Origin: Bacteroidota bacterium
GTDB lineage: Bacteria; Bacteroidota; Ignavibacteria; UBA10030; UBA8401
NCBI GenBank assembly: GCA_005792285.1
Contig: SXSI01000047.1
Coordinates: forward strand, 18,497 to 82,496
Direction: 5' to 3'
Length of the DNA stretch: 64,000 nt
Shown here: positions 1 through 10,003 of the stretch, piece after piece
How positions within the stretch are numbered: the first letter of the stretch is position 1
Layout: every line of letters starts with the position of its first letter
Notes under the pieces: generated by a model
The model's input: only the letters and a program-made list of their open reading frames with translations
Told to the model about the DNA's origin: nothing
Databases searched by the model: none
Made by a program: the position numbers and the translations under genes

Positions 1-3000
1 AACTTTAATTTTGTTCATTGTCTCTTTTGCAATAGCAAGATCTAAGTAATGAGCAGAAGTTGTAAACTCAAATATATCTCCAAGAAGAAATGGTTTTCTT
101 AAAATAATATAGGCAGTGTCTCCTTTTTTAGGAAGAACTTTTAATGAATCAAAAACTAAATTCCATCTCCAAGTTAAAACAAGCGAATCCTTTGCATTTT
201 TTTCAAAAAATCCTATTACATCCGATTCGTTGACACCACTTCCAACAGAAAATAAACCGGCGCCGCCAACTAAATCAACATCCTTAAATGCAAATTTAAT
301 TTTTTTACTATTCTCAGTTAAATTATAAACTGAAAAATTAACTCGCGTGGAAGGCATTGGAAAAATAAAATCGTTTTCGTAAGGAAGATAATGCAGTGAA
401 GTGTCAACACCAACATCTCCAAAAATTATTTTATAGTCGCTCGGTTTTCCAACACCACGATTGAAACCAAGATTAAATGGCTGCATATCCATGTTGTAAA
501 TATTTTTACCGCTCCATCTTGAAATTTCTGTATTTATTCCGATACTACTTTCATTTTGAAAATTTAATCTAAATCCATCAATCATTTCAACTTCATCTAA
601 ACTTGAAAGTTTTTTACTATCGGTAATTAAAGTTTCCGGCTTTGAAGAGTTTGTAATATCAATTAAAGTAAAACTTTTTGTTTTGAATGTATCTTGATCG
701 GTAATTTGTTTTGCTGAAATCAAAGTATCTTTAAATGTAATTCTATAAGTGTGATTGTTTTTTATTTTTTTTGGATCAACAACTTTAAAATAAATTTTTC
801 CTGTACTGCTACCTTTAACATGATTAAGAGCTTTCATTGAAGGATGTACATATCCTGCTGATGGTGCATTCGGAACTATCTTCACTACATTTCTTCCAAG
901 ATCAACAGAACCATCTGCACCAATACTAATTGCAATCGGACTTTCGGAAGGAGAAATATTTCCACCTACCCATCCGTAATCATATCCTGTAATTGCATAA
1001 TAATAAGTCTGTCCGTTTTGAACTGTTGTATCAACCCATTCATGTCTTAATCCAGAATTCGAACCTAAATAAAATAAAATTCCATTTTCTGTTACAGAGT
1101 GATAACCTGAAATAGAATTATTTATATCAAACTGAGCAATCGGTTTATAAAAAGTTGGATTTCCCTGTCCATCTGTAATTTTATAAATATCTTGAAACGA
1201 TGGATCAGTTGAACGATAAATTTTATAACCTTCAAAATCAAATCCTTGTTGACCAAGTGCAGCTAAAAAATTATCGTAAGATTGTTCCGATTTTGTATCC
1301 CAATAAAGTGTAACTCTTTTATTTCCTGGAACGGCAGTAAGTTTTGGTGCAAGTGGTGCTTTTGCAAATTGATAATCCTCGTTATAAGTTTGCTGGGCTT
1401 TATCTTTATTTCTGACTGCTTCATCTTTATCGGCACCCATTACAACTGCAACTGAAATTCTTTCTGTTTGTCCAGCTTTAAGTGGAAAAAATCCCGAAGA
1501 TACAAACAAATCATTATCACCTGAAAGTGGTTTCGTTGGATCATAAAAACTTCCGGGAGTCATAAACTGTCCCCAAAAAACTTCATCAGAAACTGTACTA
1601 AAATTAATTGCACCAGCTGGTTTGTATTGAACATTTGTTAATCCAATTTGATCAGATTCTGAAACATCAGTAACATCAAGATTTGGTTCGCCAGGAAAAC
1701 TCGTTCCTCTTCCTGAAGTTGGCAAACCATCTCCTTCGCCAGAGTCTAAAGTATTTGCAACTCCATCAAGACCAACATCGTCACTTTCAATTTTCCAATC
1801 GCCATCATTATCAATTCCATCATCACGAGCTTCGTCAATCATCTCATCAATATTTTCATCAATATTTTCATCAATCAATCCATTATTATCATTATCAATT
1901 CCATCTGCATATTTTTTTCCTAAATCTAAACTATCAACACTATATAAATATTTTCCTTTTGGTAATGAAAATACTTTACCACGTTTTGCTGCAGTATCAA
2001 TCATCGCTTGAGTAATTACTGGACTATTAATTTCTCCGTTCGAATTATTATCAATTCCATCTTTATATTTTTTCCCAATATCAGTGTTGTCTTCATCGAT
2101 CGCACCATTATTATTATTATCGATTGCATCTTCAGCAGTTTCATTGCTCAACATAAGTTGAGTTACAATTGGACTGCTTGCTTCGCCATTATCGTTATTA
2201 TCAATTCTATCTTTGAAGCCAACTCCCAACTGTGCGCCAAGTCCAGTGCCAAATGCAATGTGTGTTGAATCTTCATCGATTAAATTATTATTGTTGTTAT
2301 CAATTCCATCTCCAGGAATTTCATTCGCAAGCATTAGACTAGAAATTTTAGGACCGAAAAGTTCTCCATCACCATCATTATCAATATTGTCAATTGCATT
2401 ACCGGGAGTTTCTAAATATGAAATTGCAGCAACTCCAACTTTTTTCCCAGCAGGAAAAGCGCTATTTCCAATTCCATCTTTATCAGTCATCCAAGCAATA
2501 TCATTTAACAAATCGAAATAAGGAAGATCATCACCTGAATCACCATCACCGCCAACTAAATCTGCAAGCCACAAAGTTACTCCGGCTTTTTTAATATCTT
2601 TCGTTCCATCATTTTTTACAGAATGAAGAATAAAAAGAACATCGTTTACTAAAATTTGAGACCATTCCATTGCACGAACGTCCATCATAATTCCAAGTCC
2701 GCGACGCGCAAGATCAGTTGTGTCCGGAGAATAATTGTAGCGATCATATCTGTCATCTGAAGCTCTGTAGTAAAGTTCCTGATCGGCGTTGAATTGGTCT
2801 TTACCAAAATAACCATTCCATTTTCCTTGCCATCCCGGATCTTTTGAATCTGTCATTTTATCTGGCCAAGAATCCGGCCAAGTTAAAGGTTCATCACTTT
2901 TTGCAATTTTTGATTTTACATCTGGTCGAAGATATCCGCCAACAGGTTCAAAATTCCAACTCTTACCAGTTGGACTTGTTCTGAAATTTGGGATATCAAC

Positions 3001-3300
3001 TATTCTAATTTTGTTTCCTGAATTATCAACAACTTCACCACCGACAAAAAGTGCAACTAACGCAATATAATGTTGTCTTGTATTTTTTGGCCACTCAAAT
3101 GGAACTTCATCCGGTACAACTCCAGCACGACCTTCGTAACCATAATTAAAAATTGTAGTTCGAAGTTGATTCCCGTCGATATTAGTTTTTCTTCGCAAAG
3201 TTGGATCTCCTCTTTCTTTACTTGGTTTCTGAGAAAAACTTTCTTGGGTTACTACAAAATTTAAAAGTAAAAAATAAATTATAAAAAATGTATTCTTCAT
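1..3300 (-). CDS. Partial (3' end beyond window) giant secreted protein, at least 1100 aa, with multiple thrombospondin-type-3-like calcium-binding repeats (DxDxDGxxDxxD, e.g. DGIDNDNNGLIDEN and DNIDNDGDGELF) and an acidic IDEN tandem repeat. Start codon ATG at 3298-3300, 3 nt after the TonB receptor stop.
   Basis: I translated the minus strand myself. The reading frame is open and continuous from 3300 to position 1. The N-terminus MKNTFFIIYFLLLNFVVTQESFSQ is a signal peptide, and the frame reads through ...DGIDNNSNGEIN...DGIDNDGDWKIESDDVGLDG...YYYAITGYDYGW... The ORF track missed it because there is no in-window stop. Plus-strand ORFs 116-2594 in the track are antisense artefacts. Confidence 0.75.
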   Translation of the reverse strand, partial: MKNTFFIIYFLLLNFVVTQESFSQKPSKERGDPTLRRKTNIDGNQLRTTIFNYGYEGRAGVVPDEVPFEWPKNTRQHYIALVALFVGGEVVDNSGNKIRIVDIPNFRTSPTGKSWNFEPVGGYLRPDVKSKIAKSDEPLTWPDSWPDKMTDSKDPGWQGKWNGYFGKDQFNADQELYYRASDDRYDRYNYSPDTTDLARRGLGIMMDVRAMEWSQILVNDVLFILHSVKNDGTKDIKKAGVTLWLADLVGGDGDSGDDLPYFDLLNDIAWMTDKDGIGNSAFPAGKKVGVAAISYLETPGNAIDNIDNDGDGELFGPKISSLMLANEIPGDGIDNNNNNLIDEDSTHIAFGTGLGAQLGVGFKDRIDNNDNGEASSPIVTQLMLSNETAEDAIDNNNNGAIDEDNTDIGKKYKDGIDNNSNGEINSPVITQAMIDTAAKRGKVFSLPKGKYLYSVDSLDLGKKYADGIDNDNNGLIDENIDENIDEMIDEARDDGIDNDGDWKIESDDVGLDGVANTLDSGEGDGLPTSGRGTSFPGEPNLDVTDVSESDQIGLTNVQYKPAGAINFSTVSDEVFWGQFMTPGSFYDPTKPLSGDNDLFVSSGFFPLKAGQTERISVAVVMGADKDEAVRNKDKAQQTYNEDYQFAKAPLAPKLTAVPGNKRVTLYWDTKSEQSYDNFLAALGQQGFDFEGYKIYRSTDPSFQDIYKITDGQGNPTFYKPIAQFDINNSISGYHSVTENGILFYLGSNSGLRHEWVDTTVQNGQTYYYAITGYDYGWVGGNISPSESPIAISIGADGSVDLGRNVVKIVPNAPSAGYVHPSMKALNHVKGSSTGKIYFKVVDPKKIKNNHTYRITFKDTLISAKQITDQDTFKTKSFTLIDITNSSKPETLITDSKKLSSLDEVEMIDGFRLNFQNESSIGINTEISRWSGKNIYNMDMQPFNLGFNRGVGKPSDYKIIFGDVGVDTSLHYLPYENDFIFPMPSTRVNFSVYNLTENSKKIKFAFKDVDLVGGAGLFSVGSGVNESDVIGFFEKNAKDSLVLTWRWNLVFDSLKVLPKKGDTAYIILRKPFLLGDIFEFTTSAHYLDLAIAKETMNKIKV

Positions 3301-3303
3301 AAA

Positions 3304-6069
3304 TTAAAAACCAATTTCAAAACCAATTTGAACTTCTCTTGGCTCAGAATACATTGTTGGGAAATTAAACCACTCTGCAATTGTATTATTTGCAGAAGGA
3401 TCTTGTGAAATGTTTGAAGTTTGTAAAGTTTTATTTGCACGGCCTGTATCTCCAAAAACATCCAGCTCATTTCTTCTGTCAAACAAATTTGTAACTTTAC
3501 AGAAAAGATTAATATTAAATCCAGAGTATTGAATATTTTTATACAATCGAAGATCAGTTGTAAAATTATCTGGTCGTCTTCTGCTATTCTTAATTAAATT
3601 ATTTGAAGTGCTTTGTCCTTGTCGAAGTTGAGTTATAATTACCGGAGTATAAGGCAAACCGGAACCATATCGCAAAATCATAAACCCGCCTTGTCCAGCA
3701 TCTTCAAGTCCCAAAGAAAAATTTGCAGTATGTGTTTGATCCCAATCGAGAGAAGTTAATTGTTTTGCTGGATCAGAATTTCCAACTTGTGCAAAATATT
3801 CTTCATCGGGGGAAGAATTTACACCTTCAGCAACTTGAAAAGTATAACTAAAATTAAAAGTATAAAAATTTGAAAGTCGTTTGTTTAACGAGAGTGCAAT
3901 TCCACGAACATTTGCATAATCTTTATTTATGTACATCGAATATCCTGTTCCGGCTTGGACTTCAATTGCTGGTCCCGAAGTTACCCAATCTCGAATGTCT
4001 CGATAGAAACCTGTAACATCCATACTCATCTCATCTGAAAGTTGTTGTTGCAAACCAATTTCGTACATAACTGTTCTTTGTGGATTTAAATCTGGATTTC
4101 CAAATCCACCTTGCAAGCCCCCACTTGATGTTACTTTATATTCTGGTCTTTGATAAAGATAACTGAAGGATGGAATTTGTAAAAAATGTCCGTACGAAAA
4201 ATGTATTACGCCTTGATCAGTAATTGGATATGCAATTCCAAATCGCGGACTGATTTGTTTTTTTGGCGAAGCTTTTTTGTACCAATATTTTCTTCGCTTT
4301 TCAATCGCTGAAGTTGCTGTCTGATCATCTGAAACATCAATTTTACCATCACCATTTACATCAAATTTATTATTTAATTTAAAGGGTAAATAAATATTTG
4401 GATCTTCGGGGTCTGTTAAAACATCTCCCTTCGAATCAAAATAATCGTAACGCAAACCGACATTAATAATAAAATTATTGTATTCAATTTTATCTTGTGC
4501 ATAAAATGAATATTCAATTGGATTTCTTGTATAATTATCGTGTGTAGAAGTTGACTTGTCGAGAACTGCCGGTTTGAATGGTCTAATTTGTTGACCAATC
4601 GAATCATCTGCAGGTACAATTGTAAAATCGTTATAAAATAATTTATGTTGTCTTGACTCAAACCCAAATTTAGTTTGATGTAATTTGTTTAGCTGACTTG
4701 TTACATCAAATTTAAAAACATACGAAGTTGTATTTCTGTTAAAATGATGAAGATTGGTTCCCATGTTTGTAAAACTATATCCTGGTTCATTTAAAGAATC
4801 GGGATGTAAATATCTGGAATCTAATGGATCTTCAAATAAATATTCGCGAAAATCTTTTTGAAATTTTGAAAGATTAATAGTGTAAAAAGTTTCAATTCCG
4901 ATACTGTGTGATAACAATGCACTTAAATCGTATCCTTTATCAAATTTTTTAACGTCGCCGTCAGGCTGTAAACTGAAAAAGTGATTGTAATCTCTAAAAT
5001 TTTGTTGACTTCCAAGAAGACTAAAAGTTAATTTTAGTAATGGAGTAATCTGATATTTTATTTTTGTTTGAAGTGAGGTTTTATTTCTCGGATTCATTGC
5101 AACATACTTTCCATCAGCTGAATCTCCATCAATTGTGAAAACATTTCGTCCATACAACCATCCATCAGTCGAGTAATTTCTTCCAAAAAAATAAAATGAC
5201 AAATCAGATCCTGAAATAAGTGGTCCGCTTAAACTTCCTTCAATATTTTTATTTGTAGAAATATTAAAATCACCGATGTTTTGAAATATCTGTTCTTCTT
5301 TAGAATAATAATCACCGGAATAAATCATAAGATTACCAGCAAATTTTTCGCCACCATCTTTCGTGACAATATTTACAATTCCAGACATCGCATTTCCATA
5401 TTCAGCATTAAAAGTTCCACTCACAACTTGTAATTCCTGAATCGCATTACTTTCAACAGAGATTGATTGCGAACCATCGAAAACATCCGTTACAGATTTT
5501 CCATCAACCCAATATGCAACTTCACTTGCACGACCACCACGAATGTGAATTTCTCCGCCACGCCCCATTGTTACACCAGCTTGTAAATTTAAAATATCTC
5601 TAACTTCCTGAACGGGCATATTTTTTATTGCTTCTGCATCAACACGAGCTTCGACAGATGTCATATCTTTTCTAATAAGAGGACGTTCAGCAACTACAAC
5701 AACTTCATCTCCTATTTCTAAAACTGATTGCTTGAGATTAATATTTAGATTTGTAGTTTGATCAATTGAAATTTTTACTTTTTCAAATGTTGTTGTAGAA
5801 TATCCAATCATGGAAGCAGTTACAGTATAAACACCGGGAGGAATATTTAATACGGAAAAATATCCTTCAATATCAGTTGACGCACCTGAAGTTGTACCTT
5901 TAATTAATATAGTTACACCGATGAGTGGCTCATTTGTTTGTGCATCTTTTAAATATCCAGTGAGTTTACCTGTAATTCCAGATATAGCTGAATTAATATT
6001 TATTGTTATTAAGAATAAACTAAAGAGTACTAATCTTAAAGATGTATTTTTTAATTTTCGAATTAACAT
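3304..6069 (-). CDS. TonB-dependent outer-membrane receptor with an N-terminal carboxypeptidase-regulatory-like domain, a plug domain and a beta-barrel.
   Basis: Signal peptide at the N-terminus. The CarbopepD_reg-like region reads GYLKDAQTNEPLIGVTILIKGTTSGASTDIEGYF. The plug region reads SVEARVDAEAIKNMP. The C-terminal barrel ends with the aromatic residue ...QIGFEIGF. Confidence 0.85.
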   Translation of the reverse strand: MLIRKLKNTSLRLVLFSLFLITININSAISGITGKLTGYLKDAQTNEPLIGVTILIKGTTSGASTDIEGYFSVLNIPPGVYTVTASMIGYSTTTFEKVKISIDQTTNLNINLKQSVLEIGDEVVVVAERPLIRKDMTSVEARVDAEAIKNMPVQEVRDILNLQAGVTMGRGGEIHIRGGRASEVAYWVDGKSVTDVFDGSQSISVESNAIQELQVVSGTFNAEYGNAMSGIVNIVTKDGGEKFAGNLMIYSGDYYSKEEQIFQNIGDFNISTNKNIEGSLSGPLISGSDLSFYFFGRNYSTDGWLYGRNVFTIDGDSADGKYVAMNPRNKTSLQTKIKYQITPLLKLTFSLLGSQQNFRDYNHFFSLQPDGDVKKFDKGYDLSALLSHSIGIETFYTINLSKFQKDFREYLFEDPLDSRYLHPDSLNEPGYSFTNMGTNLHHFNRNTTSYVFKFDVTSQLNKLHQTKFGFESRQHKLFYNDFTIVPADDSIGQQIRPFKPAVLDKSTSTHDNYTRNPIEYSFYAQDKIEYNNFIINVGLRYDYFDSKGDVLTDPEDPNIYLPFKLNNKFDVNGDGKIDVSDDQTATSAIEKRRKYWYKKASPKKQISPRFGIAYPITDQGVIHFSYGHFLQIPSFSYLYQRPEYKVTSSGGLQGGFGNPDLNPQRTVMYEIGLQQQLSDEMSMDVTGFYRDIRDWVTSGPAIEVQAGTGYSMYINKDYANVRGIALSLNKRLSNFYTFNFSYTFQVAEGVNSSPDEEYFAQVGNSDPAKQLTSLDWDQTHTANFSLGLEDAGQGGFMILRYGSGLPYTPVIITQLRQGQSTSNNLIKNSRRRPDNFTTDLRLYKNIQYSGFNINLFCKVTNLFDRRNELDVFGDTGRANKTLQTSNISQDPSANNTIAEWFNFPTMYSEPREVQIGFEIGF

Positions 6070-6093
6070 TTATAATAAATTTATTCTGCAATA

Positions 6094-7791
6094 TTATTGC
6101 ATTATTAGCTCTTCTACAAGAGAATAATTGATTTCTATTTTAGAATTTTTCCTTAATTGAGTTAAGGATTCAAAAAAAACTTTATCACTCGATTCTTTAA
6201 AAAGTTCAGCTGATATTTCTTCTCTAACTTCTTCAAATTTTTTTGATTTAGAATAACTTTTATCAATTAATTTAAAAATGGAATATCCACTACCTAATTG
6301 AAATGGACCAATTATTTTGTTTTTAGATATATTAAATAATGTGTCGGCATAGATTCCATAACTGAGTCTGTCTCCAAATCCCAATTCACCATTTTGCTTT
6401 GCGCTCCAAGTTCTTTCAGAATATTCAGTTGCTAATTTTGAAAATAACTTTCCTGAAGCTAAACTATCTAATAGCTGATTTGCAAAGTTTTGGTTTGTTA
6501 CAAATATTTCTGCAACATTTATTTCATCGGGAGTTATATATTTGCTTTTATTTTGTTCGTACTTATTTCGAACTTGAGTATTAAATTCTTTTTCTTCTTT
6601 TTTATTTTTTGATTTGTATGTTTTATTGTCGACCGTAATATTTTTTAGAATTACATCTTCTGTCCATTTTATTAGTATTACCAAAACAGAATCTTCAGCA
6701 ATTGAACTTTTAAATGTATCTGTCTTTTCTAATTCCAAGTTTTTTGCATTTATAATTATCTCATTGCGGACTAATAACCCAGAAATTAAATTTTTTAAAT
6801 CTTCAACATTTCTTACTCTCATTTTCTGTCTTTGATTTAACTTGCCCGACAAGTCTATTATAGAACCAGTTGTAATATTTCCATTTTTATAATTTGCAAT
6901 AATATTAGTTTTATTTTTTAAATAAAATGGAATTGTAGTTTCTATTTCAGTTGACTGCTTTGAAATATAATTTTTCCAGAATAAAAACAATTTCCGGATT
7001 TCCGTTTCGTTGAAAGTAATTTTTAATTCACCAGATATTTGATATGATAATTCTTTACTCAATAATTCTTTTTTCAACGCTACCAAATATTTTGAAACTT
7101 TATTTTTTTGATTTGCAAAGTCAGTTTCGGTAATAAATGGTTTTACAATTTTTTCTTCAACACGAATAATACTAAAACCATCCTCGGTTCTAATTGGAAG
7201 TGACAATTCACCTATTGGCATAGAAAATGCTGTCAATTCAATTGGAGCTTCCATTTCTCCGATAGAAAAATAACCTAGATCGCCACCATTATTCTTTAAT
7301 TTACTATCGGTAAATATTTCTTTAGCCAATTTTTCAAATGACTCACCATTTATAATTCTATTTCTTAAAACTATTCCCTTTTCATAAGTAGCAGCATATA
7401 AATGCCGAGCACGAATTTTTGTATTCATATTCAGAAAAGCAATTCTCATTTCTTTATCTGAAATTGAAATGCTATCAAATGAATTCTTATAAAATTCAAT
7501 TATAAGATTACTTTCTGCTAAAGAATTTATTCTACTTCTGAATTCTTTTAAATAATACCAATTCTGTTTTTGCGAGTCAGATAAAATCAGTTTTTCATTT
7601 ATCATATTTTCCAGAATCTGTTTTCGAACAACAAAATTATCTTTAACTCCAACTTTGGCGAGATAGGTTTTATATCGTCTAATAAATTGATCGGAGGTTA
7701 TATTCTGTCCATTTACAGTTACCAATACAGAATTCTGGCTACTAAACAAATGTGATGATATTCCAAATATTAAAATGAAAACTAAGTACAT
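6094..7791 (-). CDS. SurA/PpiD-like periplasmic chaperone with a parvulin-type peptidyl-prolyl isomerase domain.
   Basis: N-terminal SurA-like domain followed by a PpiC-type PPIase motif (RARHLY...GGDLGYFSIGEMEAPIELTAFSMPIGELSLPIRTEDGFSIIRVEEK). Confidence 0.7.
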   Translation of the reverse strand: MYLVFILIFGISSHLFSSQNSVLVTVNGQNITSDQFIRRYKTYLAKVGVKDNFVVRKQILENMINEKLILSDSQKQNWYYLKEFRSRINSLAESNLIIEFYKNSFDSISISDKEMRIAFLNMNTKIRARHLYAATYEKGIVLRNRIINGESFEKLAKEIFTDSKLKNNGGDLGYFSIGEMEAPIELTAFSMPIGELSLPIRTEDGFSIIRVEEKIVKPFITETDFANQKNKVSKYLVALKKELLSKELSYQISGELKITFNETEIRKLFLFWKNYISKQSTEIETTIPFYLKNKTNIIANYKNGNITTGSIIDLSGKLNQRQKMRVRNVEDLKNLISGLLVRNEIIINAKNLELEKTDTFKSSIAEDSVLVILIKWTEDVILKNITVDNKTYKSKNKKEEKEFNTQVRNKYEQNKSKYITPDEINVAEIFVTNQNFANQLLDSLASGKLFSKLATEYSERTWSAKQNGELGFGDRLSYGIYADTLFNISKNKIIGPFQLGSGYSIFKLIDKSYSKSKKFEEVREEISAELFKESSDKVFFESLTQLRKNSKIEINYSLVEELIMQ

Positions 7792-7794
7792 CTA

Positions 7795-9615
7795 CTATAA
7801 ACTTTTCAAGATTATCCAACCTTTTCCATCCAGAATAATATTTATATTTCCATTTTTAATTTCAAACTTTTTATTATCATAAAGATCAATCCAACTTGAA
7901 ATATTTTTATAGCTTGAAGCAGGCAGTGAAATATTTTGCTCACTATTTGAATTATTAAATGCAATTAGTAGAACCTCATTATTTAGTTTTCTTTCTACAA
8001 TAAGAATATCTTTTTGATCATCCCATTTTATGAATTTAAAAGATCCGGTTTTGATTGCCTCATAATTATTTCTTATTGAAATAATTTTGGTATAAAATTG
8101 AAGAAATTCCTCATTTACAAAAACGCTATCTTTTTGTCTTTCAATATTAAAAGGATGAGATATTTCATTTTCGTAAACTAAATCTTTCCAGAGCATTGGT
8201 TTTCTTTCGTCGGGATCATCCCCTCCCCACATTCCTGTTTCAGCGCCATAATAAACTGTCGGTGAACCAACACAAATCATCTGAAATAAAATAATTAATT
8301 TTTGTTTTTTAATTTCCTCTGTATTTGGTTTTCTAACTTCATAATCTTTTTTTTGCGAAACACTTGCATCGTGATCAAACCATCTATCAGGATTAACAAC
8401 AATACTTGATAATCTGTCCGTGTCGTGACTTTCAAGTGTGTTCATTTGAGCTTGCAAAACATCAGCCGAAAATTGAGAATATATTTTTTCAATTTCGGAT
8501 ACAAATTTACTGGCTGTAATTTTTGATTTATTGTCATTAAAATAATTTAACATGGGCGCAGTTAATCTGTAATTCATAACCGCATCAAAAACTTCGCCAT
8601 CCTTTATCCAAGGAGTTGGATCAAACATTTTATTATTCTTCCAATCTTCCCACCAAACTTCGCCAACTAAAAAAGAATTTGGATTAATTTCTCTTGTCCA
8701 ACTTCTAAATTCTTTCCAGAATTTTATTGGAACCATTTCTGCGACATCCAATCTCCAACCATCAATTCCATCTTCCGGATTTCCATCATTATTTGGATCC
8801 ATCCATCTTTTTACAATTTGGTGAATATGTCCACGAATTGATTTTTCTAAAGTTCCATCAACTTCTTTAAGTTCGGGTAATTCTTTAATTCCATACCATC
8901 CTTCATATTCAAATTCATTTTTGGTAGTTGATGGATCATCCCACTTTTTTATTGTGAACCAATCAATAAATTTAGAATTAATTCCATTTTTCTTAACATC
9001 CTCAAACGCCCAAAATGTCATTCCACAATGATTAAAAACTCCATCAATAATAATTTTCATATTTCGTTTGTGGCTTTCCTGAATTAATTTTAAAAATAAT
9101 TTATCTGCACTTGTCCATTTCCAAGTTGATGGTGAGGATGGATCTTCATTTTCCCAAATTATTTTATCACCTTCTGGATCCGGGCCGAAATTATTTTCAA
9201 CATGATGATACATTTTTGCATCATATTTATGTAACGATGGCGATTCAAAAATTGGATTTAAATAAATTGAAGTAACTCCAAGTTTTTGTAAATAATCAAG
9301 TTTATCAATAATACCTTGCAAGTCACCACCGTATCTTCGAAGCTGAGCTTGATAATAAAATCCTTTACGATCAACTTCCCAAGGTTGAAGTTTATACCAA
9401 TCACTTGTCCACGGAGAAACTTTCCAATTTTTTTGTTCATCATGCGGCCATGATCCAGTTAAAGTTTCAATCGTGGGATCGTTTGAAGTGTCTCCATTCC
9501 TAAATCTTTCAGGAAATATTTGATACCAAACAGCTTCTTTAGACCAATCTGGAACGGAATATTTTTGTTGACCAAATATTATTAATGGAATAAAAAGGAA
9601 TATTATTTTTTTCAT
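7795..9615 (-). CDS. Secreted GH13 alpha-amylase-family glycoside hydrolase.
   Basis: Signal peptide, plus all four conserved GH13 regions: IIDGVFNHCG, GWRLDVAEM, LVGEVWW and ESHDTDR. Confidence 0.85.
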   Translation of the reverse strand: MKKIIFLFIPLIIFGQQKYSVPDWSKEAVWYQIFPERFRNGDTSNDPTIETLTGSWPHDEQKNWKVSPWTSDWYKLQPWEVDRKGFYYQAQLRRYGGDLQGIIDKLDYLQKLGVTSIYLNPIFESPSLHKYDAKMYHHVENNFGPDPEGDKIIWENEDPSSPSTWKWTSADKLFLKLIQESHKRNMKIIIDGVFNHCGMTFWAFEDVKKNGINSKFIDWFTIKKWDDPSTTKNEFEYEGWYGIKELPELKEVDGTLEKSIRGHIHQIVKRWMDPNNDGNPEDGIDGWRLDVAEMVPIKFWKEFRSWTREINPNSFLVGEVWWEDWKNNKMFDPTPWIKDGEVFDAVMNYRLTAPMLNYFNDNKSKITASKFVSEIEKIYSQFSADVLQAQMNTLESHDTDRLSSIVVNPDRWFDHDASVSQKKDYEVRKPNTEEIKKQKLIILFQMICVGSPTVYYGAETGMWGGDDPDERKPMLWKDLVYENEISHPFNIERQKDSVFVNEEFLQFYTKIISIRNNYEAIKTGSFKFIKWDDQKDILIVERKLNNEVLLIAFNNSNSEQNISLPASSYKNISSWIDLYDNKKFEIKNGNINIILDGKGWIILKSL

Positions 9616-9622
9616 ATTGAGT

Positions 9623-10003
9623 TTAAATTGTTTTTTTATTTTTTTGAATTGAAATATATACTAAACAATAAGCAATTGCTCCAAGAATATCTGCAATCAA
9701 ATCTCCAACATGGGAAAATCTTTGCGGAACAAAATATTGATGAAACTCATCTCCCAATCCATAAAGTGAAGCTAGAATTATTGAAATTATTAGTGAATAT
9801 TTTCTAATAATTTCTAAATTATTATTTTGTAATGAGCGATGAAGTAACCAACAAAATATTGCATAAACACCGAAGTGTGCAACTTTATCCATTCCTTCAA
9901 TTAGAGGAACTTTTCCCCCGGGAAGAGATGAAGCAAAATAAATTAATCCAGCCCAAATTATTGGAGGAAGATGATAAAATATTATTTTTTTAGTTGATGA
10001 CAT
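9623..10003 (-). CDS. VanZ-like family membrane protein.
   Basis: Small polytopic membrane protein with the VanZ-like pattern (MDKVAHFGVYAIFCWLL...). It overlaps the upstream Nnr gene by 14 nt. Confidence 0.55.
   Translation of the reverse strand: MSSTKKIIFYHLPPIIWAGLIYFASSLPGGKVPLIEGMDKVAHFGVYAIFCWLLHRSLQNNNLEIIRKYSLIISIILASLYGLGDEFHQYFVPQRFSHVGDLIADILGAIAYCLVYISIQKNKKTI

Noticed and set aside
116-2594. Plus-strand ORFs in the track (70-110 aa; 116-328, 1683-2015, 2008-2268, 2213-2521, 2394-2594).
   Set aside because: They lie antisense to the continuous minus-strand giant gene. Their translations are low-complexity (poly-H/Q/I) mirror images of the acidic repeat region. No signal of real coding.
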